Of a stretch of 64,000 nucleotides of DNA, positions 1 to 9,054 are shown piece by piece (position 1 is the first letter of the stretch; each line of letters opens with the position of its first letter). The stretch is taken from assembly GCA_027324805.1 (NCBI GenBank), contig DAHVRZ010000002.1, positions 85,658 to 149,657 on the forward strand, written 5' to 3'. Origin of the DNA: Candidatus Parcubacteria bacterium (GTDB taxonomy: Bacteria > Patescibacteriota > Minisyncoccia > UBA6257 > 2-01-FULL-56-20). Position numbers and translations under genes: made by a program. The notes under the pieces were generated by a model. It ran no database searches. It saw only the letters and a program-made list of their open reading frames with translations, and was not told where the DNA came from.

Positions 1-74
1 CACAATCGGCGATTCTTTTATTTGCGGCGCAAAGAATCCCGCCTTCTCGACACATCCGTAATCATCACATCATC

Positions 75-641
75 ATGGAACAAATCAAAGACAATCAACA
101 CGAATCAAAACGAGAACAGAAAAGTGCCGAGCGACAACGCTCCGCAAGAAAAAGATCATTCAACAGGTCGGCGAAGCGCGCGCTGATCATCCTCTTCGTC
201 GCCGTGGGCATATGGGGGTTATGGTACTGGGGTAGCAGCAATTCCTCTCCACAGACAACCCGGGCGCTGGCATTTTCCTGCACGACCGATACGCTCACGA
301 CATTCCACATCCATCCGCATCTCGTGATCACGATCAACGGCCAGGATCAGCAGATCCCGGCGGGGATCGGCAACAGCATCACATGCCTGCACCCAATCCA
401 TACCCACGATACCAGCGGGATGATCCATGTCGAATCGCCGTCGCCCCGCGATTTCACACTCGCCGATTTCTTCGCAGTTTGGGGCAAAACATTCAATCAC
501 AATCAAATTCTCAATTCCGTAGCAGATGCGAGCCATACGATCACGATGACCGTGAACGGCGTTCCGAGCCAGGACTTCGAAGACCTTGTTTTGCGCGACA
601 AAGACCAGATCGTTATTGCCTACGGCCCGACAAAACCATAA
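75..641 (+). CDS. Membrane-anchored His-motif protein, putative metal-binding
   Basis: N-terminal TM helix; FHIHPHL and CLHPIHTHD motifs; first gene of an operon with DsbA. Confidence 0.75.
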   Translation: MEQIKDNQHESKREQKSAERQRSARKRSFNRSAKRALIILFVAVGIWGLWYWGSSNSSPQTTRALAFSCTTDTLTTFHIHPHLVITINGQDQQIPAGIGNSITCLHPIHTHDTSGMIHVESPSPRDFTLADFFAVWGKTFNHNQILNSVADASHTITMTVNGVPSQDFEDLVLRDKDQIVIAYGPTKP

Positions 642-664
642 AATAAATAATATTCTTCAAAACC

Positions 665-1414
665 ATGGAACATCACGACACGCACCACGATGAGGCACAA
701 GAACTTTCTCCCGCCGCTCGCCATCGGCCTATAAATGATCGTTTTCTCCCGATCTCCATTCTTGTCGCGGCAATTTTGATCGGGGGAACGATACTTTTTG
801 CAACGCTCTACCGAGGAGGCAGCGTTGCTCCTGCTGGCGCAGCCCAAGCGGCCGTCCCGCCAATAAGCGCCGCTGACGCCGTATTGGGCAACCCGAACGC
901 CCCAGTCACACTCATAGAATACGGCGATTACCAGTGCCCGTTCTGCGGGAGGTTCTTCTCGGAAGCCCAGCCGCAGATTGTGAAAGACTATGTGGATACA
1001 GGAAAGGTAAAAATGGTTTTCCGTAATTTCGCTTTTCTCGGATCGGAATCCGTTGCGGCCGCAGAAGCTGCGGATTGTGCGGGAGACCAGAATAAATTAT
1101 GGGCGTACCACGATGCGCTCTACGCCGGAAAAGTGGCCGATTTCGCGAAAGGCGGCGGCGAGGATGATGGGTTCTTTAATAGGACGTTGTTCCTGAAGAT
1201 TGCCCAGCAAATAAACCTTAACATCCCGACATTCACGAGCTGCATCGATAGCAATAAATATGCAAATCGGGTCGCACAGGAAAAAACGGACGCGGCGGCA
1301 ATCGGCGTGAATTCAACGCCAACCGTCTTTATCAACGGGCAAGAAGTGCTCGGCGCCCAGCCCTATGCGGCATTCAAAACAGTGATCGACCTTGCATTGC
1401 AAAACAGTAAATAA
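665..1414 (+). CDS. DsbA-family thiol-disulfide oxidoreductase
   Basis: EYGDYQCPFC active site, GVNSTPT cis-Pro loop, N-terminal TM and His-rich tip. Confidence 0.92.
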   Translation: MEHHDTHHDEAQELSPAARHRPINDRFLPISILVAAILIGGTILFATLYRGGSVAPAGAAQAAVPPISAADAVLGNPNAPVTLIEYGDYQCPFCGRFFSEAQPQIVKDYVDTGKVKMVFRNFAFLGSESVAAAEAADCAGDQNKLWAYHDALYAGKVADFAKGGGEDDGFFNRTLFLKIAQQINLNIPTFTSCIDSNKYANRVAQEKTDAAAIGVNSTPTVFINGQEVLGAQPYAAFKTVIDLALQNSK

Positions 1415-1416
1415 CC

Positions 1417-1992
1417 ATGGATGCCGCGCAGAAAAAATCACAAATGGGCGTTTGGAAAGGATTGCGCTACGTATTTGCGAAGATCGGCTATCTCGTTATC
1501 GCATCCATCGCAGCGGCGCTTGCGTTCGCCTTCGCAGTCTGGCTGCCGAATCTTCACCTCGTTGCGAGCACGCTCACACGATCCGACGCGCCTCTTATGT
1601 TGCGGCTGCAACTCCCGGTAACCCTTCTCGGCTCCATCGTCACGAATTTTAGCCCGTTTTCGGCAACTATGATCGTTACCCTCTCCATGCTTCTTGGGAT
1701 TGATACGGCACTCGTCGCATATCACACAAAGCAAAGGCTTGCAGGGAATTTCACTGGCGGCTTTGCCGCCGGAGCGGGTGGCATAGTCGCCGGAGTTCTC
1801 GGCATCGGATGCGCCGCATGCGGCTCCATTGTCGCCATGTCGTTCCTGCCCCTCGTGGGCGGCGCGGGGATTCTTGCGGCATTGCCACTCGGAGGAGGAG
1901 AGTTTGGTGTTCTCGGGATAATCCTTCTTGGCAGTTCTATCGCTATCCTCGCAAAAAAAGCGACGCAACCGCTCATTTGCGTCGAAGCGTAG
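1417..1992 (+). CDS. Multi-pass membrane protein with GCAACG motif
   Basis: About 4 hydrophobic segments and a CxxC in the membrane region; starts 2 nt after the dsbA-like stop. Confidence 0.75.
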   Translation: MDAAQKKSQMGVWKGLRYVFAKIGYLVIASIAAALAFAFAVWLPNLHLVASTLTRSDAPLMLRLQLPVTLLGSIVTNFSPFSATMIVTLSMLLGIDTALVAYHTKQRLAGNFTGGFAAGAGGIVAGVLGIGCAACGSIVAMSFLPLVGGAGILAALPLGGGEFGVLGIILLGSSIAILAKKATQPLICVEA

Positions 1993-2011
1993 ATGCGTAG
2001 ATGCCGCTCAA

Positions 2012-2401
2012 TTATGAAATGACCGTATCAACAACCCTTTTGAGCTTGTCTTCCACCGTGCTCGCAATATCGCCGAGCGCAGGATTATCCACCATACCCA
2101 TCGCAACCGTCGGCAGGATGGCGGACACGAACACGTTTCCTTTTTCCTCATAGACGACCACATTGCACGGAAGAAGTAAACCGATATCCTTCTCCGCCTG
2201 TAACGCCTTGAACGCGAACTGCGGATTGCACGCACCGAGTATGACGTAATTGTCGTACTCGACGTCCAATTTCTTTTTGAGCGTCGCTTTGACGTCGATT
2301 TCCGTTAATACGCCGAACCCTTCCCTCGCCAATGCATCCTTGGTCTTTTGAACCGCCTCGCCGAAGGAGATGGGGTATCGTTTTTTATAGCCGTAATTCA
2401 T
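2012..2401 (-). CDS. DUF302 domain protein
   Basis: GFGVLTEID, ILGACNP and IGLLLPCNVVV motifs; start set at the ATG 6 nt after TATAAT. Confidence 0.9.
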   Translation of the reverse strand: MNYGYKKRYPISFGEAVQKTKDALAREGFGVLTEIDVKATLKKKLDVEYDNYVILGACNPQFAFKALQAEKDIGLLLPCNVVVYEEKGNVFVSAILPTVAMGMVDNPALGDIASTVEDKLKRVVDTVIS

Positions 2402-2410
2402 GATTACATT

Positions 2411-2427
2411 ATACCCCCTGTGGGTAT
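2411..2427. promoter_or_regulatory. CsoR/RcnR-type operator overlapping the DUF302 promoter
   Basis: ATACCCCCTGTGGGTAT pseudo-palindrome adjoining the minus-strand -10 TATAAT; matches two sites near csoR. Confidence 0.85.
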
Positions 2428-2453
2428 TTCTGCAAAGCAGCCCGCAGAGCATA

Positions 2454-3752
2454 TCAGCTACTTATCACCACTCTCGCTACGCTATAAATCTCTTTCAGCG
2501 AATAGTGGGATGTAAAACTGATATTGTTCCCGTTCGCTACATAGGGATCTTGCATGAGATAATTGCCTTTACTCCCGCTCGTGAGGACGACGAAGTGCGT
2601 TCCGCCGAGGGCGTTCATGCCGATAATTATCGGGTGGCCAGCGGCAAGCATCGCGTCAATGACGGTGATCTTGCGCGCGGTGGTCGCTCCCCTCACGCTC
2701 GTGGCTTTCCGCGTGACGGTGACGCCATCCACGCCGATCGTCGCGAGTAGCAAGTCGGGAGAATACGCGGCAAAATTATCCGGGTCCGCATTGATGGTTG
2801 CGGGTGTCACATCCTTATATCCGTAATGCGTGAGCACCATCGCCACAGACGCGATAAGACAACCGGCGCTTGCAAGGGTATATTTCGTTCCATCGAGTGC
2901 ATTGCTCCCCCACGCCGTATCGCGCTGATTATAGTAACAGCCCGATGCGTCGCAGCTCGTTTGGTTCGCGAGCAGCTTTGAACCACCGGCATTCTGGGTG
3001 AAGGTCGAGAAGCTGTTGAGCTCCGCCTGCGCCGCCGCGAGCAGTTTCTGATATGTTGATTCCTGTGATTTTGTTTCTACAAGCAGCTGGCTTTTTGATT
3101 GCTCCGTCACGGCGAGTGATTGTTGTTGCGATGCTAGTGTCTGTTTTTGAAATGTCAGCGTTTCCTGTTTTTGCTTTGATGCAGCCTGTGAATCGGCAAG
3201 GTCGCCTTCCTGCACGCGCAACGTCTGCATTTGATCCTGAACAGCATTCTGCATCTTCAACGTCGCGTTGACGTCATTCCACATCGCAACAAGACTGCCT
3301 GATGAAAGCATCTGCACGATAAGTGGTTTGTCATCAGCTTTCTGAAGGCTTCGCAGATATCCTCCGAGCGCTGCCTGATCCGTATCGATCGTTTGCTTCG
3401 CCATAGTTATCGCCCCGCCCAATTGCTGGATTTGCGCCTGGGTGGTATTGATCTGCAACTGGGTAAGGGCGACCTGCGCCTGCACCTTACTACGCTCAAG
3501 ATCGAGCGCATTAATGGCGGCTTGGAGCGTCTTCTTGTCCGCACCGACTTTCTGAAGCTGCGCCTGGTATGTCGCGATCTCTTGATTAAGAGCGGCAATT
3601 TGCTGATTGTCCGTGCTAATCTGTTGCGCCTGCGTGGAAGTACTGCTCGTACTCGTTGCAGAGGCGATTGCCGCCGCATGGGAAATAGAAATACCCCACA
3701 CGGCTACGGCCATGAGAAATCCAAACCAAATAAAAAGAGATGGCCCACGCAT
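2454..3752 (-). CDS. Secreted coiled-coil protein with C-terminal C39-like cysteine peptidase domain
   Basis: Signal peptide, long Gln-rich heptad region, YYNQRD..W..GCLIASVAM and HFVV..DP motifs. Confidence 0.8.
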   Translation of the reverse strand: MRGPSLFIWFGFLMAVAVWGISISHAAAIASATSTSSTSTQAQQISTDNQQIAALNQEIATYQAQLQKVGADKKTLQAAINALDLERSKVQAQVALTQLQINTTQAQIQQLGGAITMAKQTIDTDQAALGGYLRSLQKADDKPLIVQMLSSGSLVAMWNDVNATLKMQNAVQDQMQTLRVQEGDLADSQAASKQKQETLTFQKQTLASQQQSLAVTEQSKSQLLVETKSQESTYQKLLAAAQAELNSFSTFTQNAGGSKLLANQTSCDASGCYYNQRDTAWGSNALDGTKYTLASAGCLIASVAMVLTHYGYKDVTPATINADPDNFAAYSPDLLLATIGVDGVTVTRKATSVRGATTARKITVIDAMLAAGHPIIIGMNALGGTHFVVLTSGSKGNYLMQDPYVANGNNISFTSHYSLKEIYSVARVVISS

Positions 3753-3764
3753 GTTTGTTAACCG

Positions 3765-3941
3765 TTAGCAGCATCCGCCACCTTTTGATTTACGAGGTTG
3801 CTCTTTCTTAGTTAACAGCAGCCGATATTGATCCTTGCATCTCTCGGAATAGAATTGCTTGCCAAATCCTTTTGGATATTCTTGTCCATCTTTGAACTCC
3901 ATCCTGCAGATGGGACACTTTTTCTTGAAAATTTTGAACAT
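3765..3941 (-). CDS. Small TRASH/YHS-like metal-binding protein
   Basis: CPICRM...FYSERC...GGGCC; 58 aa. Confidence 0.7.
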   Translation of the reverse strand: MFKIFKKKCPICRMEFKDGQEYPKGFGKQFYSERCKDQYRLLLTKKEQPRKSKGGGCC

Positions 3942-3955
3942 GTGTTTTTGATATT

Positions 3956-4490
3956 TTATTTCACTGATTTGTCTTTTCGCCTCCACCGCGGAATGAACGC
4001 GGGCGTTTGCGCCGCATAAGCATCCCATTCTCTGCCAAATGCCGCTTGCGCTTCCCTCTCTTCGGTTCGCGCGAGATGCACGTACATCCACAAAAGCACC
4101 GGAAACATGGCAAGCGTGAGAATGGTCGGCCACTGGAACAAGAATCCGAGCATAACGAGTATGAATGCCACGTATTGTGGATGGCGAATGCGGGCATACG
4201 GCCCTGCGGTTGCAAGCGTATGTTCTTTCTGCGCTTTATAGAGGACAGTCCATGCGTCCATTAAGAGGAATATCCCTATGCCGATCAGGATGTAGCTCAG
4301 AATATGGAACGGCCCGAAGTGTGAGCGGAAAACCATACATCTCAGTGAATAACGCGACGATGAATGCGGAGAATGCGCCGAACGATCGCCAATCGCGCGG
4401 CGTCTTCGGTTTTGTGAAGCTGAACGCGAACACGATGAAGATTGCGGAATTGATGATGACGAGCGGCCAGAGGCCATAACTGTTGTCCAT
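3956..4490 (-). pseudogene. Isoprenylcysteine carboxyl methyltransferase-family membrane protein, frameshifted by an internal deletion
   Basis: N-part (YGLWPLVIINS..EMYGFPLT) and C-part (HFGPFH..GPYARIRHPQY) lie in different frames, joined near 4320. Confidence 0.8.
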
Positions 4491-4491
4491 A

Positions 4492-4815
4492 TCAGTGACA
4501 AGAGGAATGATCGTGTTTCATATCATGATGAGTTTCGGCCTTTGAGGATTGCTCATCGTCCGTAATGTGATTATCGTGCAGTACCTCATTGTGCGGCGGT
4601 TTCCGATGCCGCATCATCATGATGACGCACGCCACGAGAAGCACGAAAGCTATGAGCGGTAGGAATAATGCTGCTCCGCCGAACGCCGCGACACCGCCGC
4701 CCAAAAATAGGATGGCGAGAATCGGCACGGCGCAACAGGCGACCATCATCCACATCATTGAGGAGCCGTGGCCACCCTCATGATTGTGGTCACTATTGTT
4801 ACTTTGGTTGTCCAT
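4492..4815 (-). CDS. His/Met-rich small membrane protein (DUF2933-like)
   Basis: MMWMMVACC, two TM segments, His-rich termini; directly upstream of the ICMT-family gene. Confidence 0.65.
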   Translation of the reverse strand: MDNQSNNSDHNHEGGHGSSMMWMMVACCAVPILAILFLGGGVAAFGGAALFLPLIAFVLLVACVIMMMRHRKPPHNEVLHDNHITDDEQSSKAETHHDMKHDHSSCH

Positions 4816-4847
4816 AGTTTAGTTTGATTAATTTCTTTACCAGACTT

Positions 4848-5321
4848 TTACTGCATGTTCCACGTGAACGTCCTCACTGCTACCCCACCGACGTTGCTTA
4901 CCGTGAGCGTTATCGTCTTTGGCGTCGACGATGGCGCAGGGAACGTAAGCGTGCCGTTGCGATGATGCCCACCTACAGCAGGGCCATCCCATGCGATGGA
5001 TGCAAGTGAGTCGCCACGATCATCGGTCAGTACGGCAACTTTCGTCATATCCATATCGAGACTGCCCATGTGGGTATCGATCCCAAAGTTGAACGTCCAC
5101 GTGCTTGTGCCGGGCGCGAGCGGCTGTGCGATGACTTCCGCCGTACCCTCGGAATTGGTCTGTGATTCGTAAGGCGACGATGCCGTGCCGGGTGCCTGCT
5201 GCGTTTGGCTTGCCGCTCCTCCATATTCCGTAGGCGTGCCCCTCGGTACGCTCAAAGCGTAGAGAAAAAACATCCCGGCAAGGACGGCAAGCCCAATAAG
5301 AGCGATGTTGATTTTCTTCAT
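4848..5321 (-). CDS. Membrane-anchored extracytoplasmic protein, putative metal-binding
   Basis: N-terminal TM; DTHMGSL and GGHHR motifs. Confidence 0.7.
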   Translation of the reverse strand: MKKINIALIGLAVLAGMFFLYALSVPRGTPTEYGGAASQTQQAPGTASSPYESQTNSEGTAEVIAQPLAPGTSTWTFNFGIDTHMGSLDMDMTKVAVLTDDRGDSLASIAWDGPAVGGHHRNGTLTFPAPSSTPKTITLTVSNVGGVAVRTFTWNMQ

Positions 5322-5761
5322 ATTGTGCGATGTTTGAATTTCATGATCCGACTGATCATATATGCGATGCCCACGAGGTTGAACGCGATCCCGACCCAGA
5401 AAAGCTGTACTTGGTATGCCCCAATGAATGACGCGAACGCACTCACCCCGAGAACCGGCAAGATGTTCACGAGATAATGGGCGCAGCAGGAGATCATCGC
5501 GCCCGTGGACGTTGTTCCTGTCACGGCAAGCATTTTCCCGCTCGGATCCTTGGTGTGAATCTCGGCCTTCAGATAGCTGTACAACCCGATCTGGATGCCA
5601 AACCCAACCGCGAGACTTCCGAGATAGTACCAGTAACTTGAGAACTGGCTCGCGGCAAATCCAACGCCGGAGATGAGACCGACGACCAGGAAATATGCGC
5701 CGACCAAAGCTAGCGTTGCGGCTGCTCCCTTCGCGATCGATGTGATGACGGTGCGGTTCAT
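5318..5761 (-). CDS. Four-TM membrane protein with SCCAH motif
   Basis: Hydrophobic helices, MISCCAHY; ATGA overlap with the next gene. Confidence 0.75.
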   Translation of the reverse strand: MNRTVITSIAKGAAATLALVGAYFLVVGLISGVGFAASQFSSYWYYLGSLAVGFGIQIGLYSYLKAEIHTKDPSGKMLAVTGTTSTGAMISCCAHYLVNILPVLGVSAFASFIGAYQVQLFWVGIAFNLVGIAYMISRIMKFKHRTI

Positions 5762-5762
5762 G

Positions 5763-6389
5763 TTAATTCATCTGCGCGAGTTCGCCCGCGATCTTGTCGT
5801 TGTCGATACCCATGTTTGGGTCGTCGAAGACATAGCGGACGATGCCCTGCTTGTCGATAAGGACGAACGTGTGGCCCGGGTACGAACCGTAATGCATGGA
5901 TGAGTTAACGGTAAGCATGCCGTACTCGTTCGATACGCTTTTGTCTGTGTCAAAGAGTACGGTTGCCGAGGCGAGCTGTGGCATCTTCTGGATCGCGCTT
6001 TGCCAATCCGACGGCTGATCGATCACCACCGAAAGCGCGACGGTATTCGAGCTATTGAGCTGCGGGAGTGCCACCATCTGATTCCAGCACGCCGGGTAGC
6101 ACATGATACCTTCGTTGAAGAACAGCACCACATCTTCCCCCTTCAGACTGTCATTCGTGTACGTCGTGCCGTTCCGGTCTTGAAGCGAGAATTGCGGGGC
6201 TGGTTTGCCGACGAGGTCGTTAGGCGATCCCACCGAAGCGGCTGCGCTCCCCGAATGCATGGGGTCGCCGCCCGCCTGTGGACTGCCGCTTCCGCGACTC
6301 AGCATGTAGATGCCGCCGATAACGAATGCCGCGATAGCGATGATCGCCACAATGGCGGTCACATTAGATTTTTTCTGATAGTTTTTCAT
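5763..6389 (-). CDS. Membrane-anchored AhpC/TSA (redoxin) family protein
   Basis: GKPAPQFSL, CYPAC and TFVLIDKQGIVRY motifs. Confidence 0.85.
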   Translation of the reverse strand: MKNYQKKSNVTAIVAIIAIAAFVIGGIYMLSRGSGSPQAGGDPMHSGSAAASVGSPNDLVGKPAPQFSLQDRNGTTYTNDSLKGEDVVLFFNEGIMCYPACWNQMVALPQLNSSNTVALSVVIDQPSDWQSAIQKMPQLASATVLFDTDKSVSNEYGMLTVNSSMHYGSYPGHTFVLIDKQGIVRYVFDDPNMGIDNDKIAGELAQMN

Positions 6390-6396
6390 GTTGGTT

Positions 6397-7257
6397 TTAT
6401 TTTTCTTTGTTTTGTTTAATTGCCATGGCCGTAAACCAGGCGAGAAGCCCAACGATCACAATCGCCCACACGAACTGCGGCACCCAGCCGATGAAGCGGT
6501 TGAGCGATTGCAAAATTTGCGTAATGAAGATGTCGACATCCACGGCCGTTGCCGAGTATCCCATCGGATTGTTCGCTGCCCATATGAGCGTGAAGGCACC
6601 CATGATGGTGAAGGTAGCTCCCGCTAAGAGGTCAGAGATCCGCGTCTTGAATTCCTTTCCAAACAGGGTGAACGTAAACGGCTTCCGCGCTTCGAAGAGG
6701 CGGTTCGTGAGTTTTGTGCGATCAATGATGGACGCCAAAATGAAGAGTGGCGTCACCATGCCGAGGACGTAGGCCAAGGTGTAGACGATGCCCCATGCGA
6801 AAGAACCCGGAAGCACGGAGAGCGCGAGCGCTCCAGCAAGAACAGGGGCGCAACAGGTCGTCGCGATGCCGGAGAATATGCCGAGGACGTAGACCGATGC
6901 CGCTGTTTCCTTCTCTTTCACTTCAAACTTAGGCTTCCACGATGACGGCATAGGTAATCGCTTCCCGAAAAAAAGTGAGATGCCCAGAGCGAGAAGCAAC
7001 AGACCTACAACCGTAAAGATCTCGTGGTGATAATGCCCGAAGAACGTGCTCAAGGACGAGAATCCCAGCCCGAGCGGCAAGAATATGGTCAGGATGCCGA
7101 GGAAGAAGATAAACGTCATGAGAAATACCTTCCGCCGCGTCTCAAAGATTGAGCCGAAATAGGAGGGCAGAAGAACGGTCACGCAGCAGGGCGCAAAAAG
7201 GGCAGCGATTCCCGCCACGAATGCCGCTATGAGTGATGTGCTGATGAGGAGTTCCAT
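6397..7257 (-). CDS. ccdA: CcdA/DsbD-family transmembrane electron transporter
   Basis: AFVAG..LFAPCC..LLPSY and TTCCAPVL motifs; multiple TM helices. Confidence 0.85.
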   Translation of the reverse strand: MELLISTSLIAAFVAGIAALFAPCCVTVLLPSYFGSIFETRRKVFLMTFIFFLGILTIFLPLGLGFSSLSTFFGHYHHEIFTVVGLLLLALGISLFFGKRLPMPSSWKPKFEVKEKETAASVYVLGIFSGIATTCCAPVLAGALALSVLPGSFAWGIVYTLAYVLGMVTPLFILASIIDRTKLTNRLFEARKPFTFTLFGKEFKTRISDLLAGATFTIMGAFTLIWAANNPMGYSATAVDVDIFITQILQSLNRFIGWVPQFVWAIVIVGLLAWFTAMAIKQNKEK

Positions 7258-7262
7258 GGTCG

Positions 7263-7463
7263 TTATTGCAACCCACAACCGCTAGGCTGACCGTAGGATG
7301 GGGCTTGGTTTTGCGCTTGCGACGATGGCGCGGCAATCTGATTTTCCTGGGTTACCGCGTTAGCACCGAATGGCCGGAACGCATAGGCCCACGCCGTACC
7401 GACGATGATCACGAAGAGCGCACTACTGATGAACAGCCAGAAATTGTCATTGGTTGGTTTCAT
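7263..7463 (-). CDS. Small single-TM protein ending SGCGLQ
   Basis: 66 aa; fills the operon gap exactly. Confidence 0.65.
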   Translation of the reverse strand: MKPTNDNFWLFISSALFVIIVGTAWAYAFRPFGANAVTQENQIAAPSSQAQNQAPSYGQPSGCGLQ

Positions 7464-7478
7464 GTTTTTTATTTCCGG

Positions 7479-8474
7479 TCATTGCACCCCGCAGCCGCCC
7501 GACGATTGCGTCTGCACCGGAGTGATTTTGTTTTCTATCTGCTGATACCCTTGCGCACTCGAATACGCGGCGCCGAGGACCGCCTTCGGATCCACCGCAC
7601 TCCAGTCTATGCCCTGGCTTTGGAAGTAGGTCGCGAGGGTCATATAGGTATCCGGGAACCAGTAGGAATTCACCGCGAGCGCGGCTTTATACATGTCCGT
7701 TTCCGAGACGCCCTGCGACGCCATGAGCTCGAGGAGGGCGAGCATTGCCATGCCGTGATTGCAGTCCGGGAAGTACGTAGAGTTGCCGCAACACGGGCGA
7801 TAGATATTCTGTGCAACGCGAACGACGAGCGCCTGCTGATCGGCCGTGAGCGTTATGAATTGATGTGCGCTATAGTGCGTCATCGCATCGCCGACCGAAA
7901 GCGTCCATCCGCCAGTCGAAGCAAAGTTCTTCGCGCTGCCGTATTGCGGATTTTGCATCGGACCGCTTGTGAGGATCGGATTGTTATTCCCAAGCCCAAG
8001 CGCCCATAGAAGATTCAGGATGACGCCGGAATTCTGTGGCGTGATGACGAGATCGCTGTTGTCCGTATTATCGAGAAGCGCTTGCATGTCGGGCGACAAC
8101 CCGCCACGCCGTGCGTACAATGCCTCAAATTGCGGCTCGTCGATTACGCCGCTGGAAACCAACTGCTTCCCCAGGTCGCCCCAACGTGCGGGCAACGTCA
8201 CGCCCACCGCCGGGATCACTTTTTCCTGAAGCGCAGAAACTGACGCGGTTTGCGTGGTCGTGGCCGAGGATCCTTTCGCCGAAAAAAGATTCTGACCTCC
8301 TGTTGATCTCTGGCTGCCGACATAAACGAACGCCGAAGCGATAAACAGTGCGGCAGCGAGAATACTAAGCGGCAAAAATAGATCTTTCCGGCCATCTTTT
8401 ACCGCTCCTTCCGGGAGAATATCTTCCGCCGGTTCCGATTCGTGATGATGTGGTTCGTGTTCCATATGATTCAT
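7479..8474 (-). CDS. Membrane-anchored Cys-rich conserved hypothetical protein
   Basis: His-rich N-terminus, TM, YRPCCGNSTYFPDCNHGMA, C-terminal GGCGVQ. Confidence 0.8.
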   Translation of the reverse strand: MNHMEHEPHHHESEPAEDILPEGAVKDGRKDLFLPLSILAAALFIASAFVYVGSQRSTGGQNLFSAKGSSATTTQTASVSALQEKVIPAVGVTLPARWGDLGKQLVSSGVIDEPQFEALYARRGGLSPDMQALLDNTDNSDLVITPQNSGVILNLLWALGLGNNNPILTSGPMQNPQYGSAKNFASTGGWTLSVGDAMTHYSAHQFITLTADQQALVVRVAQNIYRPCCGNSTYFPDCNHGMAMLALLELMASQGVSETDMYKAALAVNSYWFPDTYMTLATYFQSQGIDWSAVDPKAVLGAAYSSAQGYQQIENKITPVQTQSSGGCGVQ

Positions 8475-8477
8475 GCG

Positions 8478-8969
8478 TTATTCGTCGCAGCACGCGGCGA
8501 GTTTATTGACAAGCTCTTCGAATTGCGAGCTGCCTCTTGCTTCGTCTTTTATTTTCCGACCCGTAACTAGTTTCAATTTCAGCGCCCAAAAGATTGAATA
8601 TACCTTGTAGGCACCCTCAAATGTCTGCTTCGCACGCTGCTTCTCGCCTTCCGACTGCAACTTATTGCCAACCTCGATAAGGCGCATAGTCGTCGCAAGG
8701 AGGTGTTTTGCGATACACCACGTCTCGCCTTCATTTTCCGGCATCAACTGCGCGAGAAATTGTTTGCGTAACTCCCTGATCTCCTGCGCCGTATCGAAAT
8801 ACTCGTCTTTTTTTGTTTTTACACCGGTAAAAACAAAGTGTTCTTCGAGGCTCACGAGATTCATGACGGCAATGCTCAGATCTTCCGTCGTTGAAAGATC
8901 GACGCCCGCTTTCGCCTTGACCGATTCTATTCTTTTGAGGAACTCTTCCAGTGTTGGTTTTGTATTCAT
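8478..8969 (-). CDS. Cytoplasmic helical hypothetical protein ending in CC
   Basis: LEEH, WCIAKH and C-terminal AACCDE; 3 nt from the next gene. Confidence 0.8.
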   Translation of the reverse strand: MNTKPTLEEFLKRIESVKAKAGVDLSTTEDLSIAVMNLVSLEEHFVFTGVKTKKDEYFDTAQEIRELRKQFLAQLMPENEGETWCIAKHLLATTMRLIEVGNKLQSEGEKQRAKQTFEGAYKVYSIFWALKLKLVTGRKIKDEARGSSQFEELVNKLAACCDE

Positions 8970-8989
8970 GGTAGTTTAATGGAATGATT

Positions 8990-9026
8990 GCGCACCAAAA
9001 AACCGCATTCCTGCGGTTTATGGCGC
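8990..9026 (-). terminator. Intra-operon hairpin (terminator/attenuator-like)
   Basis: Minus strand AAACCGCA-GGAA-TGCGGTTTTTT within a longer imperfect stem. Confidence 0.55.
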
Positions 9027-9054
9027 TACGAACGACACGGCGAATCTGGTTCGC

